Positions 36,928-47,094 of a stretch of 64,000 bases of DNA are shown here, piece after piece; the first letter of the stretch is position 1, and every line of letters starts with the position of its first letter. This DNA is from Candidatus Latescibacterota bacterium (GTDB lineage Bacteria; Latescibacterota; UBA2968), in assembly GCA_965204745.1 (NCBI GenBank), contig OZ242010.1, positions 2,080,001 to 2,144,000 of the forward strand. Direction: 5' to 3'. The notes beneath the pieces were generated by a model. It saw only the letters and a list, made by a program, of their open reading frames with translations, was not told where the DNA came from and made no database searches. Made by a program: the position numbers and the translations under genes.

Positions 36928-39789
36928 TTACCCATCGCCGCGGTCTATCGCGTCGGCGAGCACCTCGGCCGGGTGGCGTGCGGTGCGCCCGGTGGCGTGG
37001 GCGATCTGTTGCCGGCAGGACAGTCCCGCAGCTACGATTTCGGTCGTCTCATCCGCGTTGCGAATCACTTCGAGCAAGCGCGGTTCGCCCACTTTGAGCG
37101 ACACGTCGTAGTGCTCGGCCTCATAGCCGAATGAACCCGCCATGCCGCAGCATCCGGATTCGATGGGGGTGACGCGAAAGCCCTCGGGCAATCCCAATGC
37201 GGCTTCGGACGCGCCCATGCCCCACAGGGCTTTTTGGTGGCAGTGCCCGTGCAACAAAATGTCTTTTTGCAAATCGGTAAATGGCGCGGCAAAGTCGCCC
37301 CGGTCAGAAAATTTCTGCACGAACGCCTCAAATGTATAAACATTGTCCGCCACTGCGCGGGCACGCGGGTCGCGGATCAAATCCACGTATTCATCCACCA
37401 ACATGGAAACGCACGACGGCTCTAAGCCCACGATGGGATAGCCTTGTTCGGTATAGCGGTACAAATTTTCGATGTTGAACCGGGCATTTTCTTTCACGCG
37501 GGCCATATAACCACTCGAAAGCAGGGGACGTCCGCAACACCGCTTCACGGCCAAAATGACCTCGTAACCCGCGCTCTCAAACAGGGCCGTGGCCGCCTTG
37601 CCGATAGCGGGATAATTGTACGTGGTGTACGTATCGGCAAACAACACCACGCGCTCGTTCCCCTTGGGCGCGCGGCGACTGGCGAACCAGTGGGGAAATG
37701 TCTGCCTCGCAAACGGGGGCAATGACCGCGCGGGCGCGATGCCCATGAGCTTCATCATCCACTTTGAAAGCCGCGCATTGCCCAACCCATTGCCCAAGGG
37801 CGCGGCGAGACAGCCGAGTTTGCCCATCAGTTCCACATTGCCAAATAAGCGCGCGCGCAAAGGCCGCCCGTGGTCGGCGTAGTAACGCGCCTTGAACTCG
37901 TACTTGATCTTTGCCATATCCACATTGGACGGGCACTCGGCCTTGCACGCCTTGCATTCCAAACACAGGGCGAGCACGTCGTTGATGCGATGATCCGTCA
38001 ACCCGCCTTTCCACCGCCCGGAAATGGCTGCGCGAAGTGCGTTTGCCCGGCCCCTGGTCGAGTGTTCTTCCTCTAGGGTCGCCATGTAGGACGGGCACAT
38101 GGTGCCCGCGAGTTTTTTGCGACACGCGCCCACGCCATTGCACATTTCGATGGCGCGGTGAAAGCCGCCGTCCGCGGAAAAGTCGAAATGCGTGGCGATT
38201 TCATCGGCGCGATAAGCCGCGCCATAGCGCAAATTTTCCGTCATCATGGGCGCGTCGACAATTTTGCCGGGGTTCATCAGGCCCATCGGATCGAATGCGC
38301 GCTTGACCTCTCGAAAGGCATTGTAGAGCACCGGGCCAAAAAACGCTTCGTTCCAACAACTGCGAACCAGGCCATCGCCGTGTTCACCGCTTATTGCACC
38401 GCCGTATTTCATCACCAAGTCGCGCACGGATTCGGCGATGAAGCGCATCTTGGCGATCTCTGCGGCGTCCTTGAGATCGACCATCGGGCGAATGTGCAAC
38501 AGGCCCACGCTGGCGTGCGCGTAATACCCGGCCCGCGTGTTGAGGGCGTGCATCAATTCGCCAAATTCGGCGATGTAATCGGGCAAGCGCTCGGGCGGCA
38601 CCGCGGCGTCTTCGACAAAGGCAACGGGCTTGGAATCGCCCTTGACGCCCATCAACAAGCCGAGACCGGCCCTGCGGACATTCCAAACATTGGCCTGCTC
38701 GGTTTCGGAGATGGCGCGGGAAAAGGTGTGCGCGAGATCGCGCTTTTGCAACAGGGCCTCGAGTTCGTCCAACTTGCCGCGCAGTTCGCCTTCTGAATCC
38801 CCGTAGTATTCCACGGCCAGCACGGCTTTGGGATCGCCTTGCACCCACGTGCGCATGCGAGACAGTTCCACCGATCCCTTGGTCTGATCTAAAATCATCT
38901 CGTCGATCAACTCGACCGCCGCGGGCCGCGTTGCCAAAATCGGCGCGACCGCGCGCATAGCCGCGATCAGATCGTCAAATTGCGCGATGCCGAGCACCTT
39001 TGCCCGGGGCAGGGGGATCACCTTGAGTTTCGCGCGGACCACCGTCGCCAACGTGCCTTCGGAGCCGATGACCATGCGCGCGAGGTTGAAGGGTTGCTTT
39101 TTGATAAATTCATCGAGATTGTACCCGCCGACCCGGCGCAAAATTTTGGGGTACCGCCGCTCGATCTCTTCTGAGTTTTCCCGCGCCAAGCGGATCACTT
39201 CCCGATAGGCTTGGCCCTCGAGGTCGCGTTGCTCGCACTTTTGTTTGACCGCGGGTTCGTCCAATTCGCCCATTGTGGTGCGCGTGCCGTCGGCCAGTAT
39301 CAGATCGAGTTCCAAGACGTGGTCGATGGTCTTGCCGTAAATGACCGAATGCGTGCCCGCGGAATTGTTGCCCACCATCCCACCGATAGTCGCGCGGCTA
39401 CTGGTGGCGACGTCGGGCGCGAATTGCAGGCCGTGGGGCTTGAGAAATGCGTTGAGTTCGTCGAGGATCACCCCGGGTTCGACTTTGACCCACCCCTCTT
39501 CGGCATTGAAGTCGAGAATGCGGGTCATGTATTTCGACATGTCCATCACAACGCCGCGGCCCACCACCGCGCCCGCAAGCCCGGTGCCCCCGCCTCGGGG
39601 AATGACGGCCACCCCGTGCTGCGCCGCGAGACGGATCACCTTCAAAACATCGCGCTCGTGCTTGGGCAACACGACGCCAACAGGCTCTCTTTGATACATG
39701 CTCGCGTCCGTGCTATACAAAATGCGCGACATCTTATCGAACCGCACTTCGCCCTCGAGTTGCTGCATCAACATCCCCGCAAAATTCAT
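36928..39789 (-). CDS. FAD-binding/4Fe-4S oxidoreductase (GlcD+GlpC fusion, YdiJ-like)
   Basis: YSTDAS.Y, RGGGTGLAG, GSEGTL, SGEHGDG, CNGVGAC, CLECKACKAECP, HGHCHQKA, CCGMAGSFG. Confidence 0.93.
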   Translation of the reverse strand: MNFAGMLMQQLEGEVRFDKMSRILYSTDASMYQREPVGVVLPKHERDVLKVIRLAAQHGVAVIPRGGGTGLAGAVVGRGVVMDMSKYMTRILDFNAEEGWVKVEPGVILDELNAFLKPHGLQFAPDVATSSRATIGGMVGNNSAGTHSVIYGKTIDHVLELDLILADGTRTTMGELDEPAVKQKCEQRDLEGQAYREVIRLARENSEEIERRYPKILRRVGGYNLDEFIKKQPFNLARMVIGSEGTLATVVRAKLKVIPLPRAKVLGIAQFDDLIAAMRAVAPILATRPAAVELIDEMILDQTKGSVELSRMRTWVQGDPKAVLAVEYYGDSEGELRGKLDELEALLQKRDLAHTFSRAISETEQANVWNVRRAGLGLLMGVKGDSKPVAFVEDAAVPPERLPDYIAEFGELMHALNTRAGYYAHASVGLLHIRPMVDLKDAAEIAKMRFIAESVRDLVMKYGGAISGEHGDGLVRSCWNEAFFGPVLYNAFREVKRAFDPMGLMNPGKIVDAPMMTENLRYGAAYRADEIATHFDFSADGGFHRAIEMCNGVGACRKKLAGTMCPSYMATLEEEHSTRGRANALRAAISGRWKGGLTDHRINDVLALCLECKACKAECPSNVDMAKIKYEFKARYYADHGRPLRARLFGNVELMGKLGCLAAPLGNGLGNARLSKWMMKLMGIAPARSLPPFARQTFPHWFASRRAPKGNERVVLFADTYTTYNYPAIGKAATALFESAGYEVILAVKRCCGRPLLSSGYMARVKENARFNIENLYRYTEQGYPIVGLEPSCVSMLVDEYVDLIRDPRARAVADNVYTFEAFVQKFSDRGDFAAPFTDLQKDILLHGHCHQKALWGMGASEAALGLPEGFRVTPIESGCCGMAGSFGYEAEHYDVSLKVGEPRLLEVIRNADETTEIVAAGLSCRQQIAHATGRTARHPAEVLADAIDRGDG

Positions 39790-39921
39790 GGGCAACCTTC
39801 CTCTCTTAATAACTTCACCGTTCTCAAATCTCGCCTTGACAATCTACGCTCCACAAGTTAAATATACACCTGACCGTATGATGGGTCAAGATTTGGAATG
39901 GATAAACACAAGGAGTTTTTC

Positions 39922-41154
39922 ATGGCAGAGACACTCGCAATAGACGGCGGCGTGGCCGTGCGCGATACGGCGGTGTCGCCTTGGCCCGTGTGGCCGGACA
40001 ATACGGAACGGGAATGGGATGCGGAAATCGCGCCCATTCTCAAAGAAATCTATCTCGAACAAACCGAGGGCCTGCCCGCGCCTGTGGGGCATCGCTTTGG
40101 GCAGGCATTTGCCGCCTATTGCGACGCGGCGTTTGGGGTGATGATGCCGAGTGGCACCACATCCATTGCCGCGGCATTGTCCGCCGCGCTCGACCTCGAT
40201 GGGCTCGTGGATGGCGGGGAAGTCATCATTCCCAACTACACCTTTATCGCCACGGCGAGCGCGCCCCTGTCCGTGCGGTGTTCGCTCGCGCTGGTCGATA
40301 TCGACCCCGTGAGTTTTACCATGTCGCCCGAAGCGGTCGAAGCCGCCATCACGGATCAGACCGTCGCGCTCCTTCCCGTTCACTTGGGCGGGCACCCCGC
40401 CGACATGGATGGGCTGAACGCCATAGCCCAACGGCACGACCTCAAAGTCATCGAAGACTGCGCGCAAGCACACGGCGCAGAGCACAACGGGCGCAAAGTG
40501 GGGTCGCTGGGGCATGTGGGCGCGTTCAGCTTTCAATCGAGCAAAAACCTGACCTCGGGCGAGGGCGGATGCCTGCTCACCAATGACCGCGACCTGCGAG
40601 ATCGCGCCTGGGCCTTCCGCGACGTGGGCCGGCGCCCGGGCGGCGAGCGGTGGGAATATCCCCGCTTGGGCTGGAATTACCGCACGTCGGAATATCTGGC
40701 CGGCATCCTCTTAAAGCGATTGCCCAAACTCGAAACCCAACTCGATTTGCGAAACAAAAACGCGGCCTATCTCGCCAAAGGCTTGGATGAAATCGGCGGC
40801 TTGGAACCCCCGCGCTGGCGGCCCTGGGTCACGCAACACGGCTATCACCTGTACATGACGCGCTACGACAGCGAGGCATTTGGCGGCAAAACCCGCGATG
40901 CGTTTGTCGCGGCCCTGCGCGCCGAAGGCATTCCCTGCACCCCGGGCTATCAGCGGCCCTTGACAGACGAAGGCGGTCTCAAAACCGTGATGGAACGCCA
41001 TCCGCACCTGATTCGCCGCTTGCCGTGCCCCAATGTGGAGGCCACCTGTGCTTCCAGCGTTTGGTTGTTGCAAAACCTGTTGCTGGGCCAACGGGAAGAC
41101 ATGGACGATGTTTTGACCGCTGTTGCCAAAATTAAACGCGCTTTCACGACATGA
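39922..41154 (+). CDS. DegT/DnrJ/EryC1/StrS PLP-dependent aminotransferase
   Basis: YTFIATA, IEDCAQAHG, AFSFQSSKNLTSGEGG; AGGAG RBS. Confidence 0.95.
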   Translation: MAETLAIDGGVAVRDTAVSPWPVWPDNTEREWDAEIAPILKEIYLEQTEGLPAPVGHRFGQAFAAYCDAAFGVMMPSGTTSIAAALSAALDLDGLVDGGEVIIPNYTFIATASAPLSVRCSLALVDIDPVSFTMSPEAVEAAITDQTVALLPVHLGGHPADMDGLNAIAQRHDLKVIEDCAQAHGAEHNGRKVGSLGHVGAFSFQSSKNLTSGEGGCLLTNDRDLRDRAWAFRDVGRRPGGERWEYPRLGWNYRTSEYLAGILLKRLPKLETQLDLRNKNAAYLAKGLDEIGGLEPPRWRPWVTQHGYHLYMTRYDSEAFGGKTRDAFVAALRAEGIPCTPGYQRPLTDEGGLKTVMERHPHLIRRLPCPNVEATCASSVWLLQNLLLGQREDMDDVLTAVAKIKRAFTT

Positions 41155-42089
41155 GGTCCCCAGCCATGAATGCACTTGAAAAGGGCTTGTGGACAAGCCA
41201 ACGGATGATGGGCCTGGTCTTTTTGGTCGCGGGCCTGACCAAGATATGGGACCCAGAGCTCTTTTTTTGGCAGTCTATGCCGCACATCCAGTTTTTCGCC
41301 GAGAGGGAAAGCTGGGAGCGGATCGCCACTTGGGCCTTGCTGTTGGGGCCGCTGGAGTGCGCGGTGGGCTTGGCGCTCTTGGTCGATTGGAAGCCGCGTC
41401 TCGGCCTGCCGGTGGGCGTGGTGTTGATGGCGTTTTTTGTTTTTATCGTTGCGCTGGCTTGGTCGCGCGGCGCCGCAGAGAATTGCGGGTGCTTTGGCGC
41501 GCTGATCGAGCGATCTCCAGGCGAAGCCCTCATAGAAGACATCGTCATGTTGGGGTTGTTGCTCTTTTCGTGGTGGGGGTTGCGGCGGCGAAAGGTGGTG
41601 CTGCGGGCATGGCATCGGCGGGTGGTCTTGATCGGCGGCGCGGTATCCCTCATCGCGCTGGGGTTCCGCTATTTGCCCGAGCGTGACCACCTGACCGAGT
41701 CGGATCTGCGAGTGGGTCTCGAATTGCCCGATATCGCTTTGTCAACTGCGGATGTCGATCTCGCCGAAGGGGCCTATTTGCTGGTCCTGTTCAGCCCAAA
41801 GTGCGGGCATTGCCAGCAGGCCGTTCCCGATATCAATACCTGGATCGCGGATCCAGATGTGCCCCAACTCATCGCTTTGAGTTGGTTCCCCGTGAACAGT
41901 CCGATGATCAGATGGTTCAAAAAACACTTCCAACCGCGCTTTGCTATCGCCTCCATCTCCGTCGTCGATTTCTGGCGCCTGAACTGGAAGTACGGCTTCC
42001 CCCGGCTGGCGTATATTGAGGATGGCGTGATCAAACAGGTGTGGGATTACGGTGCTTTTCCCTCGCTGGCAACATTGAAGCAGTTGTAG
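41151..42089 (+). CDS. MauE/DoxX-family membrane protein with C-terminal thioredoxin-like domain
   Basis: GLVFLVAGLTK, NCGCFG, FSPKCGHC. Confidence 0.8.
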   Translation: MRSPAMNALEKGLWTSQRMMGLVFLVAGLTKIWDPELFFWQSMPHIQFFAERESWERIATWALLLGPLECAVGLALLVDWKPRLGLPVGVVLMAFFVFIVALAWSRGAAENCGCFGALIERSPGEALIEDIVMLGLLLFSWWGLRRRKVVLRAWHRRVVLIGGAVSLIALGFRYLPERDHLTESDLRVGLELPDIALSTADVDLAEGAYLLVLFSPKCGHCQQAVPDINTWIADPDVPQLIALSWFPVNSPMIRWFKKHFQPRFAIASISVVDFWRLNWKYGFPRLAYIEDGVIKQVWDYGAFPSLATLKQL

Positions 42090-42098
42090 GATGATGAC

Positions 42099-42530
42099 TT
42101 GGAGAAACTTATGAATAATGAAGACATACACGGGCCAGAGTCCGAAGATACGAGCGCCGGATCGGACCTCCCGATGCCGAAGGGGAAACAAGCTTTCCAA
42201 TATATTACTCGGGAACTGTCAGACGATGACCTCAAAAATCCCGCCGTGGGGAAACTCTTGCTGAACGAGATAGACAGACTTGAGATCGAAAATGACGAAC
42301 TCGGGGACTATAAAGAACAATTTCACGAAGCGGACAAGAAGGTGGCGGTTTTAAAAGAAAAGAGCAAGACGCATTTAGTTGCCGAAATCACCTCGGTGGG
42401 GTGTATTGCTATCGGGGGAATTCTAATCGGACATGGGATGTCTGAGCCATCGAATTGGATAATAGGTTGCGGAGCATTAGTGTTTATTATCGGAATTGTT
42501 GCAATTGTTGCAAAGGTGGTGAAAAGATGA
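42099..42530 (+). CDS. Hypothetical protein, coiled coil plus two C-terminal TM helices
   Basis: LLNEIDRLEIENDEL...VAVLKEK heptads followed by two hydrophobic segments; start may be 42111. Confidence 0.75.
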   Translation: MEKLMNNEDIHGPESEDTSAGSDLPMPKGKQAFQYITRELSDDDLKNPAVGKLLLNEIDRLEIENDELGDYKEQFHEADKKVAVLKEKSKTHLVAEITSVGCIAIGGILIGHGMSEPSNWIIGCGALVFIIGIVAIVAKVVKR

Positions 42531-42895
42531 GAATGAGAATTGCCATACTTTCAATCGCGGATAAGGGCAATTTGGAAAAGGAACGCCTCGTTCTTCGGGT
42601 GCGTGCAAACGCGGATGTAGGGGACTACATTTTAATTCAAACCGGATTCCAACAAGATGGCGTGACAATAGATACGCACAACACCTATTGGTTTCCGTAC
42701 AAAAAAGTGGAAGCAGGCGACCTCTTGGTGATCTACACCAAAAATGGTCGTGAAAACCAGCGGGCACTGGAAAATGGGAAAAACGTGCATTTCTTTTATT
42801 GGGGACTTCCCGAACCAATATGGGCGACAAAAGACCGCGCCCCGGTGCTCCTGTACGCGCCAGTATGGATCAGCAAAGAACCTCAGAAACTTTGA
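42527..42895 (+). CDS. Hypothetical beta-rich protein, lamin-tail-domain-like
   Basis: ATGA overlap with the upstream stop; YWFP...VEAGDLLVIYTKNG...FFYWG...IW pattern. Confidence 0.7.
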   Translation: MRMRIAILSIADKGNLEKERLVLRVRANADVGDYILIQTGFQQDGVTIDTHNTYWFPYKKVEAGDLLVIYTKNGRENQRALENGKNVHFFYWGLPEPIWATKDRAPVLLYAPVWISKEPQKL

Positions 42896-42970
42896 CCCGC
42901 ACGCCGGAACCACTCGCCGCAGTAACAATCCCACCCACAAAAGCGCTGGAAGTCGTTCCGGGCTTTTCCC

Positions 42971-45268
42971 ATGTCATCCTTCAAAAAATACCTCCTGCTC
43001 ATCCCCATCATCGCGCTCGCCATTGCGGTGGGTTATTGGTGGGGGATTTCTTTTCATGAGCCAGTCGCGCCGGTTCCCGAGTCCGCGCATCAAAACCGCC
43101 TCGCACAGGAGCTCAGCCCGTATCTGCGCCTGCATGCCCACAATCCGGTCGATTGGTATCCCTGGGGCGAAGAGGCATTGGCACGGGCGCGGCGAGAGGA
43201 CAAACCGATCTTCTTATCGGTCGGCTATTCGAGTTGCTACTGGTGCCATGTGATGGAACGGCTGGTCTTTTCCGATCCGGACATCGCCCAACTGATGAAT
43301 CAATTTTTTCTCAACGTCAAAGTCGACCGCGAAGAGCGGCCCGACATCGACGAGATTTACATGACCGCGACCCAACTCATCACCGGGCGCGGGGGATGGC
43401 CGAACTCGGTTTTTCTCACGCCAGACCTCAAGCCGTTTTACGCGGGCACGTACTTTCCGCCGGAAGACGCGCATGGGCGGCCGGGGTTTTTGCGCGTGAT
43501 TCGAGCCTTGCATGTGGCGTGGCAGGAAAACCGACAGGCACTTGAACGACAAGCCGATCAAATCGCCGAATCCATCACGCGCTTGCACGCCGCGACCGCG
43601 AGTTCCGAGCAGGCAGAAACCGACCTGATCGCCAAGGCCATCGACCACATCGAAGCGCGATTTGACCCCATCAATGGCGGCATCGGCACCGCGCCGAAGT
43701 TTCCGCCCGATCACGCGCTCGGCCTGTTGCTGACGGCCTATCAACGCGATGCCCAGCCAAAATATCTCGCGATGGCGACGCAAACCCTCAGCCACATGGC
43801 GCGAGGCGGCATCCGCGATCACTTGGGGGGCGGCTTTCACCGGTATGCAACCGATGCGCGGTGGCGCGTGCCGCACTTCGAGAAAATGCTCTACAACCAG
43901 GCCCTCCTCGTCCACAACTTCCTCCGTGCGTACCAAATCACCGGGGAAATGGCCTACCGCGTCGCGGCCGAGGAGACCCTCGACTTTGTATCAAACGACA
44001 TGACGCACCCCCAAGGCGGATTTTACTCTGCCCTCGACGCGGAAACAGACGCGGAAGAAGGCGCGTATTACACTTGGACAGAGGCGGACATTCGCCGGAT
44101 TTTGAAAACAGACGCGGACTTCTTCCTCTCGGGTTATGCCCTCGCGCCCATGCCCGAAGGCGCGGTCGGCGTCATTTACCAAGCCGACACAGACAGGGCC
44201 GCCCGCCATCAAATTGACGTTGCGGCCCTGCACGCCCGCCTATCCCCGCTCAAAGAAAAACTCTTGACCGCCCGCGCCCAACGCCCGCGTCCCCTCCTCG
44301 ACGACAAAATCATCACCGCTTGGAATGGCCTCATGATAGGCGCGTACGCCCATGCGTACGAAGTCCTCGCCCGCCCAGAAGACCTCAGCGCAGCGCAAAA
44401 AGCCGCTGAGTTTATCCGCGACAACCTCCGCACAGCACAGGGCGACTTGTACCGCATCTACCGCGATGGGCAGCGCAAAGGGCAAGCGTACCAAGAAGAT
44501 TACGCCTTTCTGATCGATGGCTTGCTCCACCTCTATCGCGCAACGCAGACCGGGTCGTATCTCCAAGACGCGCTGTCCCTCGCAGAACGCATGCACGCCG
44601 GGTTTTGGGACGCGCTCCACGGCGGATATTTTCTTTCTCGGGAACAAAACGAGATGATCGTCCGCACCAAAAGTCCGCACGACAACGCGCTGCCCGCGGG
44701 CAATGCCGTGGCCCTGCACGTCCTGTGGCAACTCCATGCCCTCACGCAAAACCCCATCTACGCCCAACGCGCACACGCCCTGATGCAGAATTTTGCTCCT
44801 CGCGCCGAGAAAAGCCCGGGGGCGTTCCTGCACTTTATCCACGGCACGATGATGGCAACGCCCGGCCATCCCATCGCAACGCGCTCGCGGGATAGCCTCG
44901 TCACCGCATCGGTCTCGGTCTCGGCTGTGGACGACAACGCCCTCGCCGCGACCGTGCGCTTGCACATTGCGTCGGGCTGGCATATTCAAGCGGCCCATCC
45001 CACGGATGAGTACCTGATCCCCACGCGCCTCGCCATAGAAGGGGACAATGCCCAAATCATCGACATCTCCTATCCATCGCCCAAAGACATACAATTTCCC
45101 TTTGCGGATCATCCCATCGCGGTTTATGCCGATAGCCTCGCCATTCCCCTCGCCCTGTCCTTCAACTCCCGCCCGCAATCCCTCGCGTTGTTGCTCACCT
45201 ATCAGGCCTGCGACAGCACGCGCTGCCTTCCCCCGCAGACGCAGCGGATAAAATTCAAAAAAAAATAA
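42971..45268 (+). CDS. YyaL/SPATA20-like thioredoxin + (alpha/alpha)6 protein with C-terminal DsbD-N-like domain
   Basis: [52 protein letters not shown]...TYQACD..RCLPP. Confidence 0.93.
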   Translation: MSSFKKYLLLIPIIALAIAVGYWWGISFHEPVAPVPESAHQNRLAQELSPYLRLHAHNPVDWYPWGEEALARARREDKPIFLSVGYSSCYWCHVMERLVFSDPDIAQLMNQFFLNVKVDREERPDIDEIYMTATQLITGRGGWPNSVFLTPDLKPFYAGTYFPPEDAHGRPGFLRVIRALHVAWQENRQALERQADQIAESITRLHAATASSEQAETDLIAKAIDHIEARFDPINGGIGTAPKFPPDHALGLLLTAYQRDAQPKYLAMATQTLSHMARGGIRDHLGGGFHRYATDARWRVPHFEKMLYNQALLVHNFLRAYQITGEMAYRVAAEETLDFVSNDMTHPQGGFYSALDAETDAEEGAYYTWTEADIRRILKTDADFFLSGYALAPMPEGAVGVIYQADTDRAARHQIDVAALHARLSPLKEKLLTARAQRPRPLLDDKIITAWNGLMIGAYAHAYEVLARPEDLSAAQKAAEFIRDNLRTAQGDLYRIYRDGQRKGQAYQEDYAFLIDGLLHLYRATQTGSYLQDALSLAERMHAGFWDALHGGYFLSREQNEMIVRTKSPHDNALPAGNAVALHVLWQLHALTQNPIYAQRAHALMQNFAPRAEKSPGAFLHFIHGTMMATPGHPIATRSRDSLVTASVSVSAVDDNALAATVRLHIASGWHIQAAHPTDEYLIPTRLAIEGDNAQIIDISYPSPKDIQFPFADHPIAVYADSLAIPLALSFNSRPQSLALLLTYQACDSTRCLPPQTQRIKFKKK

Positions 45269-45348
45269 TACCAACTTGATTTTAAGTTGTCCGTATCCTG
45301 TGCCCTATCAGGGATGAATGAGGAACAGACGTTCCGTAGGGATCAGGC

Positions 45349-45643
45349 GTTGCTTGTCTAAAACGTTTGGTTCTGCATTCTCGTTGGTTGCCTCCGATGC
45401 CTTCGGCGACCTACTTTTTTTCAACAGCAAAAAAAAGTAGGCAAAAAATGCCGCTCTCAAACGCCGAGAGGCTTGCACAGCGCAAAGCGCTTTTGTAACA
45501 GAACGATATGCGTCAGCCTGCAAAGTGGGTTGCATAATGGACATTGGTTGCGAAACGGCCTTGCGCGCTGTGCGTGATGGCTTGATCGGAGGGAGTTTTG
45601 TGAGGGCACTTATTGTGATGCCTGATTTGAACTGCGGAACGTC
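45349..45643 (+). repeat. ~300-bp non-coding repeated element, copy 2
   Basis: High identity to 27565..27890 over most of its length. Confidence 0.85.
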
Positions 45644-45654
45644 GGTGAATACGA

Positions 45655-45790
45655 TGAGCGTGGTAGCAAAAGCGAGAAAACTGAAGGAGTGACTGTTCCA
45701 GTTTCTCAAACCGAGAGCATATTCTGCGATAGGGCTTGATTTTCTCGATAAACCGCTCAAGCCAGTTGCTTTGCTCGTAAATGTCAACAT
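45655..45790 (-). pseudogene. IS5-family transposase C-terminal remnant
   Basis: YEQSNWLERFIEKIKPYRRICSRFEKL resembles the IS5 C-terminal Y..RN..ER.F.K.K..RRI..R.EK pattern; no N-terminal part. Confidence 0.6.
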
Positions 45791-45900
45791 AAGGTAAAAA
45801 AAAATGGGACCCCTCCTCCGCCCCTCCCCGCACAGGCGTAGCCTACAACGAAGCGTAGCGAGTAACAGGGGCCAGGTAGGAGTCCCATTATGCTAACCGG

Positions 45901-46716
45901 TCATACCGTATTGTTTTCCAGCGAATACGTGCGGTTGCCGCCGGGGGGGCCTCCGATAGCCCATGTCCCGCGGAACAGGGATTGGCGTTTGGGCGGCATG
46001 GCGGCGATGGTCTCGTGGCGCAGGTTGAGGCGATGCCATTGCGCCCAGATCGAGTTGTAGCAGTTAAACACCGCACAGCGAGGATTAGAGGTTTGCGTCC
46101 AGTCGTTCGCCGCGTGGACGAGGCTTTCGGTGAAGATGACCACGGAGCCGGCCGGACAAGTGTAATCCTCCATTGCCGCGCGCATGTTCTCCTCCCACGG
46201 CGAGTCGCTGATGTTGGGCCGGTTCGGATCCGGCCCCCCGTAGTTGAAATGCGCTTTGTGCGATCCGCTCAAAAAGGATGTGCCTCCTGTTCCCGCTTCT
46301 ACATCTTCGAGTTCCCACACCACGCGGGTCAGCCCCGAAAATATCTTTCCGCCCGCGACCTGATACCGCATGGCATTGGCCTGTTGGGGCGGACGCACCA
46401 CATGCGGCATGCCGTTGTCGCGCCGTTCAGATGCGCGCCAGCCGGGTCGCCGCACAGTGGTAAATGACCCTTCGCATCGAAAGCTGTAACAGTCGTCCCG
46501 CACAAAAGGGGCTTCGGACAAAATCTCGGTGAGAATGCCCACGATACCCGGGTGGTCGAGCAAGTTCTGAAGCGCGCCACCATAACTCTGCCTGGCCCCG
46601 GCGTACACCTCTGCCTTCATCTCGTCAATTTCCGGCTGTGACAATACGCCAGGCAATAAAATCCACCCGCGCAGATCGAAGAAAAACTTCTGCTCGGGGG
46701 TCATCAGTTCTGCCAT
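45901..46716 (-). CDS. PhyH-family Fe(II)/2OG enzyme, divergent
   Basis: FFFDLRGWILL, GGTSFLSGSHK, AGSVVIFTESLVHA; AGGAGG RBS. Confidence 0.85.
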   Translation of the reverse strand: MAELMTPEQKFFFDLRGWILLPGVLSQPEIDEMKAEVYAGARQSYGGALQNLLDHPGIVGILTEILSEAPFVRDDCYSFRCEGSFTTVRRPGWRASERRDNGMPHVVRPPQQANAMRYQVAGGKIFSGLTRVVWELEDVEAGTGGTSFLSGSHKAHFNYGGPDPNRPNISDSPWEENMRAAMEDYTCPAGSVVIFTESLVHAANDWTQTSNPRCAVFNCYNSIWAQWHRLNLRHETIAAMPPKRQSLFRGTWAIGGPPGGNRTYSLENNTV

Positions 46717-46738
46717 GGTTCCTCCTTTATGCCAATGG

Positions 46739-46981
46739 TTAGTCTATCCAACCCAATGCCTTGGCAATGGCAACCAAAAATGTGGCGATGCCAAGCGCGA
46801 ATCCCGCTGTCCAGCGCATGCTGACCTTCAAATCTCGATGCGCTTGCTGGGACTCTAATCGCAACAGTTCGATATCTCGTTTCAAGTCTCTGTGGTTGTC
46901 GTCAACTTTATTTTTAATGCGAACGAGATTTTTGTCAATCCGCTTGATCGCTTCTTCGTGTTGGGCAACATTCCGAGTCAT
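46739..46981 (-). CDS. Small coiled-coil protein with C-terminal membrane anchor
   Basis: AGGAGGTG RBS; heptad region then MRWTAGFALGIATFLVAI. Confidence 0.7.
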   Translation of the reverse strand: MTRNVAQHEEAIKRIDKNLVRIKNKVDDNHRDLKRDIELLRLESQQAHRDLKVSMRWTAGFALGIATFLVAIAKALGWID

Positions 46982-47094
46982 TTTTCACCTCCTTTCCGGT
47001 GGATGGTCAAAATCCATTTACCCCGCTGATCGCACAATCTCCGCGCTATCGGGGGTGCTTTTAGAAGCCCCTCTGATTCTGCAAGGGGAGTACC

